A DNA stretch of 46,614 bases. It comes from Candidatus Micrarchaeota archaeon (GTDB taxonomy: Archaea > Micrarchaeota > Micrarchaeia > Micrarchaeales > Micrarchaeaceae). Each line of letters begins with the position of its first letter. Positions within the stretch are counted from its first letter, which is position 1. The position numbers and the translations under genes were made by a program. Shown here in pieces: positions 1 through 9,000 of the stretch. The notes beneath the pieces are model-generated. The model worked only from the letters and a program-made list of their open reading frames with translations. It made no database searches and was not told the DNA's origin. The stretch lies in assembly GCA_021801905.1 (NCBI GenBank), contig JAKABJ010000001.1, positions 1 through 46,614 on the forward strand, read 5' to 3'.

Positions 1-213
1 GGTCTGAGCCGAGTTCCTTAGCACCTCGCAGGATCCTGGTTGTGCCCTTGGGGCGAAGTTGGAACTGTTGAAGATTCCCAAAGAGAAAAGCGCTACAAGG
101 ACAATCGCAATTATGAGAATTGCCCAACCGTATGTCATCAGGTACTCCATTGCAGATTGGGATCTGTTTAATAAGGAATTAACACCGTGTTGTTTGGAAG
201 AATTCTTTCGCAT
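1..213 (-). CDS. Type IV pilin-like surface protein with class III signal peptide (N-terminal part only; continues past left edge)
   Basis: Not in ORF track. Manual translation from ATG at 213: MRKNSSKQHGVNSLLNRSQSAMEYLMTYGWAILIIAIVLVALFSLGIFNSSNFAPRAQPGSCEVLRNSAQT. RS|Q cleavage site, Glu at +5, hydrophobic helix. Confidence 0.88.
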   Translation of the reverse strand, partial: MRKNSSKQHGVNSLLNRSQSAMEYLMTYGWAILIIAIVLVALFSLGIFNSSNFAPRAQPGSCEVLRNSAQT

Positions 214-325
214 AATTACACTCTGTTTTTATTGCAAAGTGAATTATTAAATTTTTCTTTGAAATCCTTTAGCCCTTTTGAACATTGATAGATACTTGGA
301 TCTGGCAGTAATTACTCTAAAGCTC

Positions 326-991
326 TTACGAAATGCTATTAGATGCTTTATTCTTTTTATGCAAGCTTTCTGCTAAATATGCGTGATCGTGGATTGCCAT
401 TTTGAAGCAATTAGATAGAGTATATGCAGACGCCATTCTGGAAGAGGGGGGCATTGATGAGATAATTTTGCCATTCCATGGTCGATATGGGGCATACAGC
501 CATTTGCTCTCAGTTAAAGGATCATTTTGATGGAAAGAAGTCCATATTTGCGGGGCATCATCTATTATTATGTCATGATCTAGTTTGAGCTTGTCTTTTA
601 TATGCTCAACAAGCAATACTTTGAAATCTAATGAAGGAAAGTTGTGCTTTAGCCATTTGTGCAATGAATCCTTTGTTGATGAAGACCTGCGCGTAACAAT
701 CTCTACATTAAAATGATTTGCAAAACGATTCAATTCCTGCTCTGTTACTGTAGGGCATATTTCCATGGCATTTTCATTCCACGCATCATCATATATTCTT
801 AAGAATTCCTCCAAAGGCATTTGGAGCTTTGATTTGCTAGGATTATAGTCGTCTGCATCGGAAATTTTAAAACTTTTTCCTGAAAGCCTATTCCATTCAT
901 TAATTATGAAAGAGTATACATCTGCCAGTGTGCCGTCTATATCCAATGCCACCTTTGGTTTGCGGATTTGAGGCAGCTGGCGTTCTTGCAT
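326..991 (-). CDS. HAD-superfamily 5'(3')-deoxyribonucleotidase (NT5C-like)
   Basis: Motif I DIDGTLAD, motif II IVTRR, motif IV IIIDDAP, and a C-terminal PWN motif. Confidence 0.75.
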   Translation of the reverse strand: MQERQLPQIRKPKVALDIDGTLADVYSFIINEWNRLSGKSFKISDADDYNPSKSKLQMPLEEFLRIYDDAWNENAMEICPTVTEQELNRFANHFNVEIVTRRSSSTKDSLHKWLKHNFPSLDFKVLLVEHIKDKLKLDHDIIIDDAPQIWTSFHQNDPLTESKWLYAPYRPWNGKIISSMPPSSRMASAYTLSNCFKMAIHDHAYLAESLHKKNKASNSIS

Positions 992-1168
992 TTAATCAAG
1001 TATCTTTGTCTCTTTCTCATCTGCAATAAAACCTACTTTTTTGTGCGATCCGTCGCACATTGGCTTGTGCTCAGAATGGCCGCACCTGCAGAATGCAAAT
1101 TTTACCTGGCCTTCTATTACTACCAAATTCGGGCCGTCTTTTGCGGATTTTATTACTAATTTCGGCAT
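992..1168 (-). CDS. CDGSH iron-sulfur domain protein (58 aa)
   Basis: Below ORF-track cutoff. MPKLVIKSAKDGPNLVVIEGQVKFAFCRCGHSEHKPMCDGSHKKVGFIADEKETKILD contains the C-x-C-x9-CDGSH motif. Its stop directly abuts the next ATG (TAAATG). Confidence 0.93.
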   Translation of the reverse strand: MPKLVIKSAKDGPNLVVIEGQVKFAFCRCGHSEHKPMCDGSHKKVGFIADEKETKILD

Positions 1169-1275
1169 TGAATCGCATAGATATGCTAATTGATTTATTT
1201 ATACATTGCGGTGATATGCCTGCAGCTAAATAACCAGGCAATTTTTGCCTATTATTTTCTGGTAAAAAAAGATTA

Positions 1276-3468
1276 TCAGTCCATGAATTGCTGCGCTGTG
1301 GGAGGCTCCTCTGGCTGGCCCTTCCTTTTCCTTATCTCTCTGACTATCCTGTTTTGTAGATCTACCGGCATCTTCTCATATCCGGAAAACTCCATGCTCC
1401 ATATAGCCTTGCCCTGGGTCATTCCCCTCAAGTCATTTGAGAAGTCCTTTATTACCTCCGATACTGGGAGCTTGGCAAGTATGGATGCCTGTCCGCTCTC
1501 CTGCTCAATATTCAATATCTGCCCCCTCCTGCCTTGCAGGAAAGAGATCACATCAGACATGAAATCAAGAGGTATGTTTATCGTGAAATTCTGCTTCGGT
1601 TCCTCAAGAACCACCCCAGATGTCAATAATCCTGCGTAGATTGCCCTCTTTATTGCAGGCATTATCTGGGCAGGACCCCTGTGTACAGGATCTTCGTGTA
1701 TCGTTGCATCAACTATGCTCACAAGTATGCCTGAACATTTTTCCCTGGCCAGAGGACCGTCCTTTACTGCGTCATTGAAACCGTCAATAAGAAGCTCCAT
1801 GACCTCATTCATGTACTGAACTCCTTTTGTAACGTCTGCAAGCATGCATTTGTTGGTAATTTGCTCTACCTCCTTTGCAACCACCCTGTCCAGCCCGGCT
1901 TGCACCATTGCCTCTATTGCATTCTGCCCTTTTGGCTTGCCTTCTCTTATCTGGCCCTCGTCTATCGCTTTCTGCACGCCCTCAGGAAGAGGTTCAACAG
2001 TTACATAGAACCTTGAGTGCCTGTTTGGAGATTTGCCTTCTATAGGGCCTACCTTCTTTGATATGGTCTCGTGGTATACCACAATCGGCTCGCTGGTTGT
2101 TATCGGTACCTTGAAATCATTCTTAAGTTTTGTCTCTATCGTCTCAAGATGCAATTCTCCCATTCCGCTAATCAGGTGCTCTCCTGTTTCTTGGTTGATT
2201 TCGGCTTTTAATGTGGGATCTTCTTTTGTGAGCACCCTTAATGCTTCTATTAGCTTTGTTGTATCCCTGGAATCTTTTGCCTCTACGGCCTTTGTTACCA
2301 CAGGCTGTGAATAGTGCTTTATCTGCTCAAACGGCTCTATCATCTCTTCGCTTATTGTGTCCCCTATGGAAAGGTCTTTCATGCCTATAAGAGCAGCTAT
2401 GTTTCCTGCAGGTATCTCGTCTACTATTACCTTGTCTGGACCCATGTATATACCTACCTGCTGAAGTTTCTGGGTCTGGGACTTCCCGGATATGTGCAGC
2501 TCAAGCCCTTTCTTGGCGGTTCCAGAAAATATTCTTCCTACAGCAATCTCCCCTGCCTGCTGATCGTATTTTATTCCGAATATCACTCCGTTGGTCTTGC
2601 TGGTTATATTTGTATCCAACATAGCTTTGCCATCTGGAGAGTTAAGATCTCCGTGCCATATCTGAGGTATCCTATAAGGCTGTGCCTCTGCGGGATTTGG
2701 AAGATGATCTACAACCATTGCAAGAGTGGCCTCGTCTATAGGACAGATCTCTTGCAGTTTTGCAAGGTCATTGTTTGCTGTCAATTCGAATATGTGCTTG
2801 AAAGTTACCTTATTCTTGTCCATTATCTTTTTGGAGATTGCCCATCTTCTCAATGCTGAGCCGAACGCTACGCTTCCTTTTTCTACGCTGACTTTCCATT
2901 TGCTCCCATACCCTTCAGGCGCATATGTCTCTATCATCTGGTTTATCTCGTTTATAAGCTTGAGGAGCCTTTCCTGCGTCTGCTCAGGGGTTAGCCTGAG
3001 TTCTGTAATCAGCCTATCTACCTTGTTGAAGAAAAGCACAGGCTTTGCCTTCTCCTTCATCGCCTGCCTTAGAACCGTCTCGGTCTGGGGCATTATTCCC
3101 TCAGTAGGGTCGACTACAAGAATAACGCCGTCTATGGCTCGCATTGCCCTTGTTACGTGCCCTCCAAAATCAACGTGGCCGGGAGTGTCTATCAGGTTTA
3201 TTATATAGTCTTCGTTATTGTAATTAAACCCAAAAGAGATATATGCAGACTTTATGGTCATCCTTCTGTCTTTTTCTATCTCTTCATAATTTGTGTATAG
3301 AACATCGCCTGCTACGCTCTTTGATATGAGGCCTGCCCTGGCGAGAAGAGAATCTGTCAATGATGTCTTGCCGTGATGAACGTGGGCTATTATTCCTACA
3401 TTTCTTATGTGCTTATGGTCACGCATCATCTTTGCTACTTCTTCAACAACGTATTCTTTTCTTGCCAT
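1276..3468 (-). CDS. fusA: Translation elongation factor aEF-2
   Basis: 730 aa; G1 AHVHHGKT, DTPGHVDF, NKVD, GMGELHLE, diphthamide loop HRGPAQ; follows S12-S7. Confidence 0.97.
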   Translation of the reverse strand: MARKEYVVEEVAKMMRDHKHIRNVGIIAHVHHGKTSLTDSLLARAGLISKSVAGDVLYTNYEEIEKDRRMTIKSAYISFGFNYNNEDYIINLIDTPGHVDFGGHVTRAMRAIDGVILVVDPTEGIMPQTETVLRQAMKEKAKPVLFFNKVDRLITELRLTPEQTQERLLKLINEINQMIETYAPEGYGSKWKVSVEKGSVAFGSALRRWAISKKIMDKNKVTFKHIFELTANNDLAKLQEICPIDEATLAMVVDHLPNPAEAQPYRIPQIWHGDLNSPDGKAMLDTNITSKTNGVIFGIKYDQQAGEIAVGRIFSGTAKKGLELHISGKSQTQKLQQVGIYMGPDKVIVDEIPAGNIAALIGMKDLSIGDTISEEMIEPFEQIKHYSQPVVTKAVEAKDSRDTTKLIEALRVLTKEDPTLKAEINQETGEHLISGMGELHLETIETKLKNDFKVPITTSEPIVVYHETISKKVGPIEGKSPNRHSRFYVTVEPLPEGVQKAIDEGQIREGKPKGQNAIEAMVQAGLDRVVAKEVEQITNKCMLADVTKGVQYMNEVMELLIDGFNDAVKDGPLAREKCSGILVSIVDATIHEDPVHRGPAQIMPAIKRAIYAGLLTSGVVLEEPKQNFTINIPLDFMSDVISFLQGRRGQILNIEQESGQASILAKLPVSEVIKDFSNDLRGMTQGKAIWSMEFSGYEKMPVDLQNRIVREIRKRKGQPEEPPTAQQFMD

Positions 3469-3477
3469 GTGAAATCA

Positions 3478-4239
3478 CTACTTGGCGCTTCTGGCCATCC
3501 TTTCTGTCTCATTCTTCCTTTTTATTGCGTAGCTGTTTATGTCATTGTTCGAGGCAAGTATAAGCTCATTTGCCAGAGATTGCGCCAATGTTCTTTTGCT
3601 GTGGAATGCTGATGTGACTGTGCCCATGCCTATATTTCTGAGCGCTATATCAAGCCTTCTGCTTGCACTTACATCTACAGCAACATTCGATATTATTCCA
3701 CCATAACGCACTCTTGTTGTGTCTTCTATAGGAGAGCTGTTTTCCAACGCCTCCACATACACCTGTATTGGGTTTTTGCCTGTTTGCTTGCTTATTATTT
3801 CAAAGGCCTCCATTATGGCTTTCATTACTTTGAGCTTCTTCCCTTGCAGCCTTCCCTTTGTACGTATCACGCGGCCTCCTATCTTTCCTCCAGTTCCGCC
3901 GCGCATCAGCGAATTTTCCAGCCTCTCTATTATGTTTAGATTCGCCTTATGGGATTGGGACTGGCTCTTCCTTCCAAAAGAGTTTGGATATGAGACAGGC
4001 TTGAGATTAACGTAATTTTTCAAGCTAGGGTCATATACCTCAACATCATAGCTATATTTGTCGAATAGCATTGTTGTTTTTGATATGAAAATGTCTTTAG
4101 CTTCAGTGCTTGGCTCTGCCTTTTTCCTTACCGCTTTCCTTTTTTGCTTAGGAGCGGGTTCGGCTCCAGCCTCAGGCGCATTCTGCCCGTTTTGCTTTTC
4201 AAGTATTGCAGGCTGCTCTTTTGGTTTTGCTTCCTCCGT
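3478..4239 (-). CDS. rps7: 30S ribosomal protein uS7 (first ATG at 4071; probable N-terminal extension from ACG at 4239)
   Basis: NPIQVYVEALEN, AVDVSASRRLD, ERMARSAK. The frame is open for 56 codons upstream of the ATG, so the start position is uncertain. Confidence 0.92.
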   Translation of the reverse strand, partial: TEEAKPKEQPAILEKQNGQNAPEAGAEPAPKQKRKAVRKKAEPSTEAKDIFISKTTMLFDKYSYDVEVYDPSLKNYVNLKPVSYPNSFGRKSQSQSHKANLNIIERLENSLMRGGTGGKIGGRVIRTKGRLQGKKLKVMKAIMEAFEIISKQTGKNPIQVYVEALENSSPIEDTTRVRYGGIISNVAVDVSASRRLDIALRNIGMGTVTSAFHSKRTLAQSLANELILASNNDINSYAIKRKNETERMARSAK

Positions 4240-4243
4240 TAAA

Positions 4244-4672
4244 TCATCTCTTTGGCTTTTCTTTCTTGCCCTTTATTATTTGGTAAAGATTGGTGTCGTT
4301 TATCTCAACAACTTTATATTTTAGTCCCGGTATGCAACCAAGCTGACCCCTTTGGGATCCGCCTAGCCCTTCAATAGTTACTTCGTCGTGCTCATCTATG
4401 AAACCTATCGAGCCGTCTCCAGGTACGAATGCTCCTACAACCTTTCCGTTCTTTATAAGCTGAACCCTGACGCATTTGAGCTGGCCTGAGCTGGGTTGTT
4501 TCTGTTCCAATATAAATTTGCCAAGCACTAGTGCCTTGGCACGAGGAACTGTACCCATCGGGTCATATTTATCCTTGAGCTTAAACATTTTTCTCTTGAG
4601 CCATTTCTTAAGCATTCGCTGGTGCTTTCTGTCCCTTACAAGCTTTCTTGCTGCAAACTCTCCATTTGGCAT
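4244..4672 (-). CDS. rps12: 30S ribosomal protein uS12
   Basis: KCVRVQLIKNGK, AFVPGDG, IDEHDEV; upstream of S7/EF-2. Confidence 0.96.
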   Translation of the reverse strand: MPNGEFAARKLVRDRKHQRMLKKWLKRKMFKLKDKYDPMGTVPRAKALVLGKFILEQKQPSSGQLKCVRVQLIKNGKVVGAFVPGDGSIGFIDEHDEVTIEGLGGSQRGQLGCIPGLKYKVVEINDTNLYQIIKGKKEKPKR

Positions 4673-4682
4673 TATAATACCT

Positions 4683-4976
4683 TTATTCTTTCAATATATT
4701 TGAGTTTCCCGGATCTATTATAGATAGAGTAGATACGGAGAACGGCTTGCCGCAAACTGCTCCGAGATCTACAGGGTTTCCATCAAACTTTATTATCTTT
4801 ATTCCGGCTATGTCGGCAGTGTGCTGTATGTCACCGACATTCTGCTTTTTATTCTTACTTGCAATGATTATAAGCTTTGCCTCATTTTCTTTTATAGAAT
4901 CCATTACGCTATTCAGCCCTATGGCTGTCTTACCGCTGTCCACAGCTAAACGTATATCATTCGATAAATCTGCCAT
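4683..4976 (-). CDS. rpl30e: 50S ribosomal protein eL30
   Basis: LGAVCGKPFSVS...IIDPGNSNIL motif; gene context. Confidence 0.95.
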   Translation of the reverse strand: MADLSNDIRLAVDSGKTAIGLNSVMDSIKENEAKLIIIASKNKKQNVGDIQHTADIAGIKIIKFDGNPVDLGAVCGKPFSVSTLSIIDPGNSNILKE

Positions 4977-5066
4977 AAAAGCACCGCATAAGTAGAACTT
5001 ACTGCGAGCAGACGACTAATTATGATTCAGAAAAATATATATAGGTATTGAACTACGGATTTTTAT

Positions 5067-6056
5067 TCATTTGCCAAAAGTGTAGTTGCACCCTGCAGGC
5101 TGGCTTAGTTCACCGCTTAGTATTAACTTGAGATAACCGATATAAGGTATTATTCCTATCACCTTGCCATTTATATCATTCTGTGGCGCAGGATAGTTGT
5201 CATATTGCATGTCCAATCCAGGATTATTGTCGCCTTTTGTGAGATAATAATATGTGCCGCTTGCATTTATTATCGCATATGCCCTATGCACGATATATGT
5301 GTCACCTTCCTGATAAAAGAGGTCTTGCGGTACAGTCTTGTATACGATTATGCTGTTGTTGATATCTCCAGTTATTGTAGTATTCCCTATAATTATTGCT
5401 TTCGTGTATGCATAATTGACTTCTGTACCATTTGAGTATGTAACGTTTGTTATTCCGCAAAGATATTTAACCAGATTCTCTGACTGGCTTGAGTTTGGCA
5501 CTATGCCTCCGCCATTTATGGATGTCAAACCTATAGAGTATCCTGGGAGCACTTCCTGGGAAAAATTTATTTTACCGCCGTTTAAGCCATATGCCACACA
5601 CTCTAACGACTCTTGGTTCATATTATTGAGCATTTTCTGCATTTCGCTGCTTGTGACTTTTACAATGGGTGCTTTTATGTTTGAAGGGCTGGCTCCTTGA
5701 AGCACTATCATATCCCCTCTTTGGAGAACTGGGAGCATACTGCAGCTAGGCACGGCATCTATAGGATAGGGAGTGTTTAATATGAGTCTGAGAGCGAACC
5801 ATATTGCCACCACGATAACTATTGCTGCTATTATTTCAATTGCATTACGCAGTTTTCCCTCTTCTTTTGATGAGATTATAATCTCCAAACCTATTAGGAT
5901 TACCAGTATTACAAATGTCAGCACTCCGAATAGTATTGCAAGCGTCTGGACCCTCTGGTAAACAATGTAAAGTATGAATGCTAAAGCAAGGATTATGTAA
6001 AGGGGCCAGGTAACTATGTTTGCTTTTTCCTTGGTTTGAGCCTTACTTCTTGCCAA
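5067..6056 (-). CDS. Signal peptidase I (S26, archaeal/Sec11 type) with a large extracellular insertion
   Basis: 3 N-terminal TM helices; boxes SCSMLP, RGDMI, IVHR, TKGDNN, GKVIGIIPYIG. Confidence 0.88.
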   Translation of the reverse strand: MARSKAQTKEKANIVTWPLYIILALAFILYIVYQRVQTLAILFGVLTFVILVILIGLEIIISSKEEGKLRNAIEIIAAIVIVVAIWFALRLILNTPYPIDAVPSCSMLPVLQRGDMIVLQGASPSNIKAPIVKVTSSEMQKMLNNMNQESLECVAYGLNGGKINFSQEVLPGYSIGLTSINGGGIVPNSSQSENLVKYLCGITNVTYSNGTEVNYAYTKAIIIGNTTITGDINNSIIVYKTVPQDLFYQEGDTYIVHRAYAIINASGTYYYLTKGDNNPGLDMQYDNYPAPQNDINGKVIGIIPYIGYLKLILSGELSQPAGCNYTFGK

Positions 6057-9000
6057 CAGTTACACCGCTTTGGTTTATCATCTCTATACCCACAGCTCTT
6101 GAATAAGAATCCTGCATTGCAACCCCTATTGCCGCCTCAGCCATTGTTATCAGCGAGTCATTATGGCTTACTACTATAAATTGGGATGCCTTGGAAAGCT
6201 CTCTTATAAGTTTTGATAATTTCTTTGAATTCTCTTTGTCCAAAGCAACATCTATCTCGTCGAATATATAAAAAGACATGGGCTTCCTCATCTGAACCGA
6301 GAATATCAAGGAGAGCATAAGTATGGATTTTTCTCCGCCAGACATGCTTTCGTCGTTTTTCTTCCTTGCGCCCTTTTTGATGCTGAACATGAGTTTTGAG
6401 TTGAATGGATCGTCTTTTTCTCCATCTAGATAGATATATGCGTCTATGTCAAAAACCGTGCTGTAGAGCCTCTTGAAGGTTTGGTTGACTTCATCCAAAG
6501 TCTGGTTGAACACGCTAAGCTTCTTTGACTCTATTTCAGATATCATGCTCAATATCGCTGTTTTTTCTCTATCAAGTATGTCCATCTTTATTTTTGCCTC
6601 ATCTAAGTCCTTCTTCCTCTGCTCGTATGCCTCTGGAGCTTTAAGATTGACATTTCCGAGCAGGTCTATTTCATGCTTGCATTCTGTTGACTGGCGCTCC
6701 AGTTCCTCCACGCTCTTGTAATCGACCTCTTGGATTGTTTGATAAGATATTAGTTCCGCCTTTATATCGCTAAGTCTGGTCTGCAGCTGCGACCTTTTAC
6801 CCTCGGTTTCTATAATTTCCCTTTCTATTTTATCAAAATCGCTTGATATTTTCCCTTTATCAAAGCCTAATTTTGATATCTTTTCATCTGCAGCTTGAAC
6901 CTCTTTTAGCAATTTTTCCGATGCGGTACCATGGGCATTTATCTTTGATTGAACTTCTGCTTTGTGTTTCCCATATTCCAGTATTGTTTTTTCGGCGTCT
7001 GAAATCTTTACCTGCAATTCTTTTATTAGTGCACCCTCCTCTTTAATTTCAGAAGATATCGAAGCATTTCTGCTGGAATTCATTTCGTTTTCTTTTTCTA
7101 GTTCTGCTATTTTTATCCTTATTTTTTCTGCAGAATGCCTCATCTCTTTTAATTCCTCTGCAGATTCTTCCGCTTCTTTTTTGGATTTTGATGCTGCGTG
7201 GTCATTTATGGCATGATATAGCCTGTCTAATTCAGTTTTGATTGCCTCTTTTCTCTTTTCAAGCTCTATCTTTTTGCCTGCAACATCCGATTGCATCTTG
7301 CTTAAATCAATAATCCTTTTTTCGGAGGACTTTAACGCCTCTTTTTTCTCCATTATTTCAGCATTTATTCTTTCTTTGTCGCTACGGGTGTGCTTTAGCT
7401 CAGAAGCTGCCTGTATGGCATCCTGCTCCAATATGTAAACCTCTTTTTTATAAGATTGGATTTCCTTGTCCAAATCTGCAATTTTTTTATTTAGTTCTGT
7501 TTTTTCGTTTGAGAGCTTAGCAAAACGGGATTCCAAAGCTGCTGGAAGCTGCTGCATGGTAAACTTTCCACCGGTTATCAGGCCCGACTGCTCTAAAACC
7601 TCTCCTTCGCGTGTGACAAATCTGTGCTTGTTGATCTCTTTTTTAGAAAGCGAGTTGATATTGTCTATCAAATAAGTATTTGCCAATACAAATTCGAATG
7701 CCTTCCTGTATTTTTCATCAAAAGTAACGTAATTTATTAATGGGATATTACGGCCTTCCTTTGCAGTTTGGAACGAATTTATTTCATTAAGAGGTATAAA
7801 AGATGCTCTTCCAAGGTTCTTCTGTTTAATTATTTCTATAGCCTGGGTTGCAATTGCTATTGATTCAACCACATAATAATTTAATCTGTTTCCCAAAGCA
7901 GCGTATACAGCTATTGAATATTCTTCATCGCATGAAAAAAGCTCAGACACTTTGCCGTAGAACCCCTTCTTTATTGATGAGTTAAGGATAGGTGTTATCC
8001 TGTTTTGGCTTCGTCCTGACAATGCGAGCTGCTCTCTTATACTTATAATATCAGCCTCTACCTTATCGTAAGCTGTTTTCAGCTCGACCTGAGTTTTTTC
8101 AAGTGATTTTACTTCCTTCGATTTTGATTCTAATTCGGCAGAAATTTTCTTTATCTTATCCTCTAGCAGATTTTCGGCAGTTGAGGTTTCGTTAATAATA
8201 TTAGACAGTTCTTTTGACCTTGATTCTGCTTCTTTTTTGGTGCTTTCAAGCATATGAAGCTCAGCATTTGAAGAAAGGTGTTCTGCATTCAATTCGGATA
8301 TTGTGGAATCAACCTCTAGAAGGTTTTTCTGCAACTGTGAATATTTTAGCATTACCTCTCTGTCTCCTTCTTCTGCCACAGGATACTTTTCTAATTTTTT
8401 TTCGATTATTGAAAGATCTGACTTCAAAATTGCAAGATTCTGGGAGTTTAGATCAATCTGCTCTTTTGTTTTTGAAAGCTCATAAGCAAGCCCTTTTTCT
8501 TTATCTTTGCTTTTGATTAAAGACTCTTCAAGCTGTTTTATTAGTGCCTCTTTTATCTTTATATTTGCGTTTATTTCATCCAGCACCCTATTTGCGGTTC
8601 CAACTTCTATAGAGCCTTCATTCATTTTCTTAGATATTTTGTCTTTGTAAGATATCGCGCTTGAAAGTTCGTCTTCTAGCTTCTTTTGCTCCGCTTCTAA
8701 GCTCTTCTTTCTTGTAGCTAGTTTTTCGTAATCGGCAACATATTTGGAGTATTCTTTGTTTATCTCGGCTTCCCTTGCTTTTAATATTGTATAGGTTATC
8801 CTTTTGATCTTTGATTGCAGCTCTGTGTAGCGCTCCGCATCTATTTTTTCTTTTTCTAGTTCGCTAAGGAAAGCCCCTCTCTCGCTTAACATTATGTTTG
8901 CTTCGTTTATTTTGCCTTCAACCTTTTCCAATTCTTTTGTAGCTGCATCTTTCTTATCATCAAACTCCTTTATGCCTGCCGCAATGTCTATCAGCACCCT

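Noticed and set aside
59..250. 63-aa + strand ORF in the track
   Set aside because: Antisense shadow of the pilin-like gene on the minus strand
968..1159. 63-aa + strand ORF
   Set aside because: Antisense to the CDGSH protein gene
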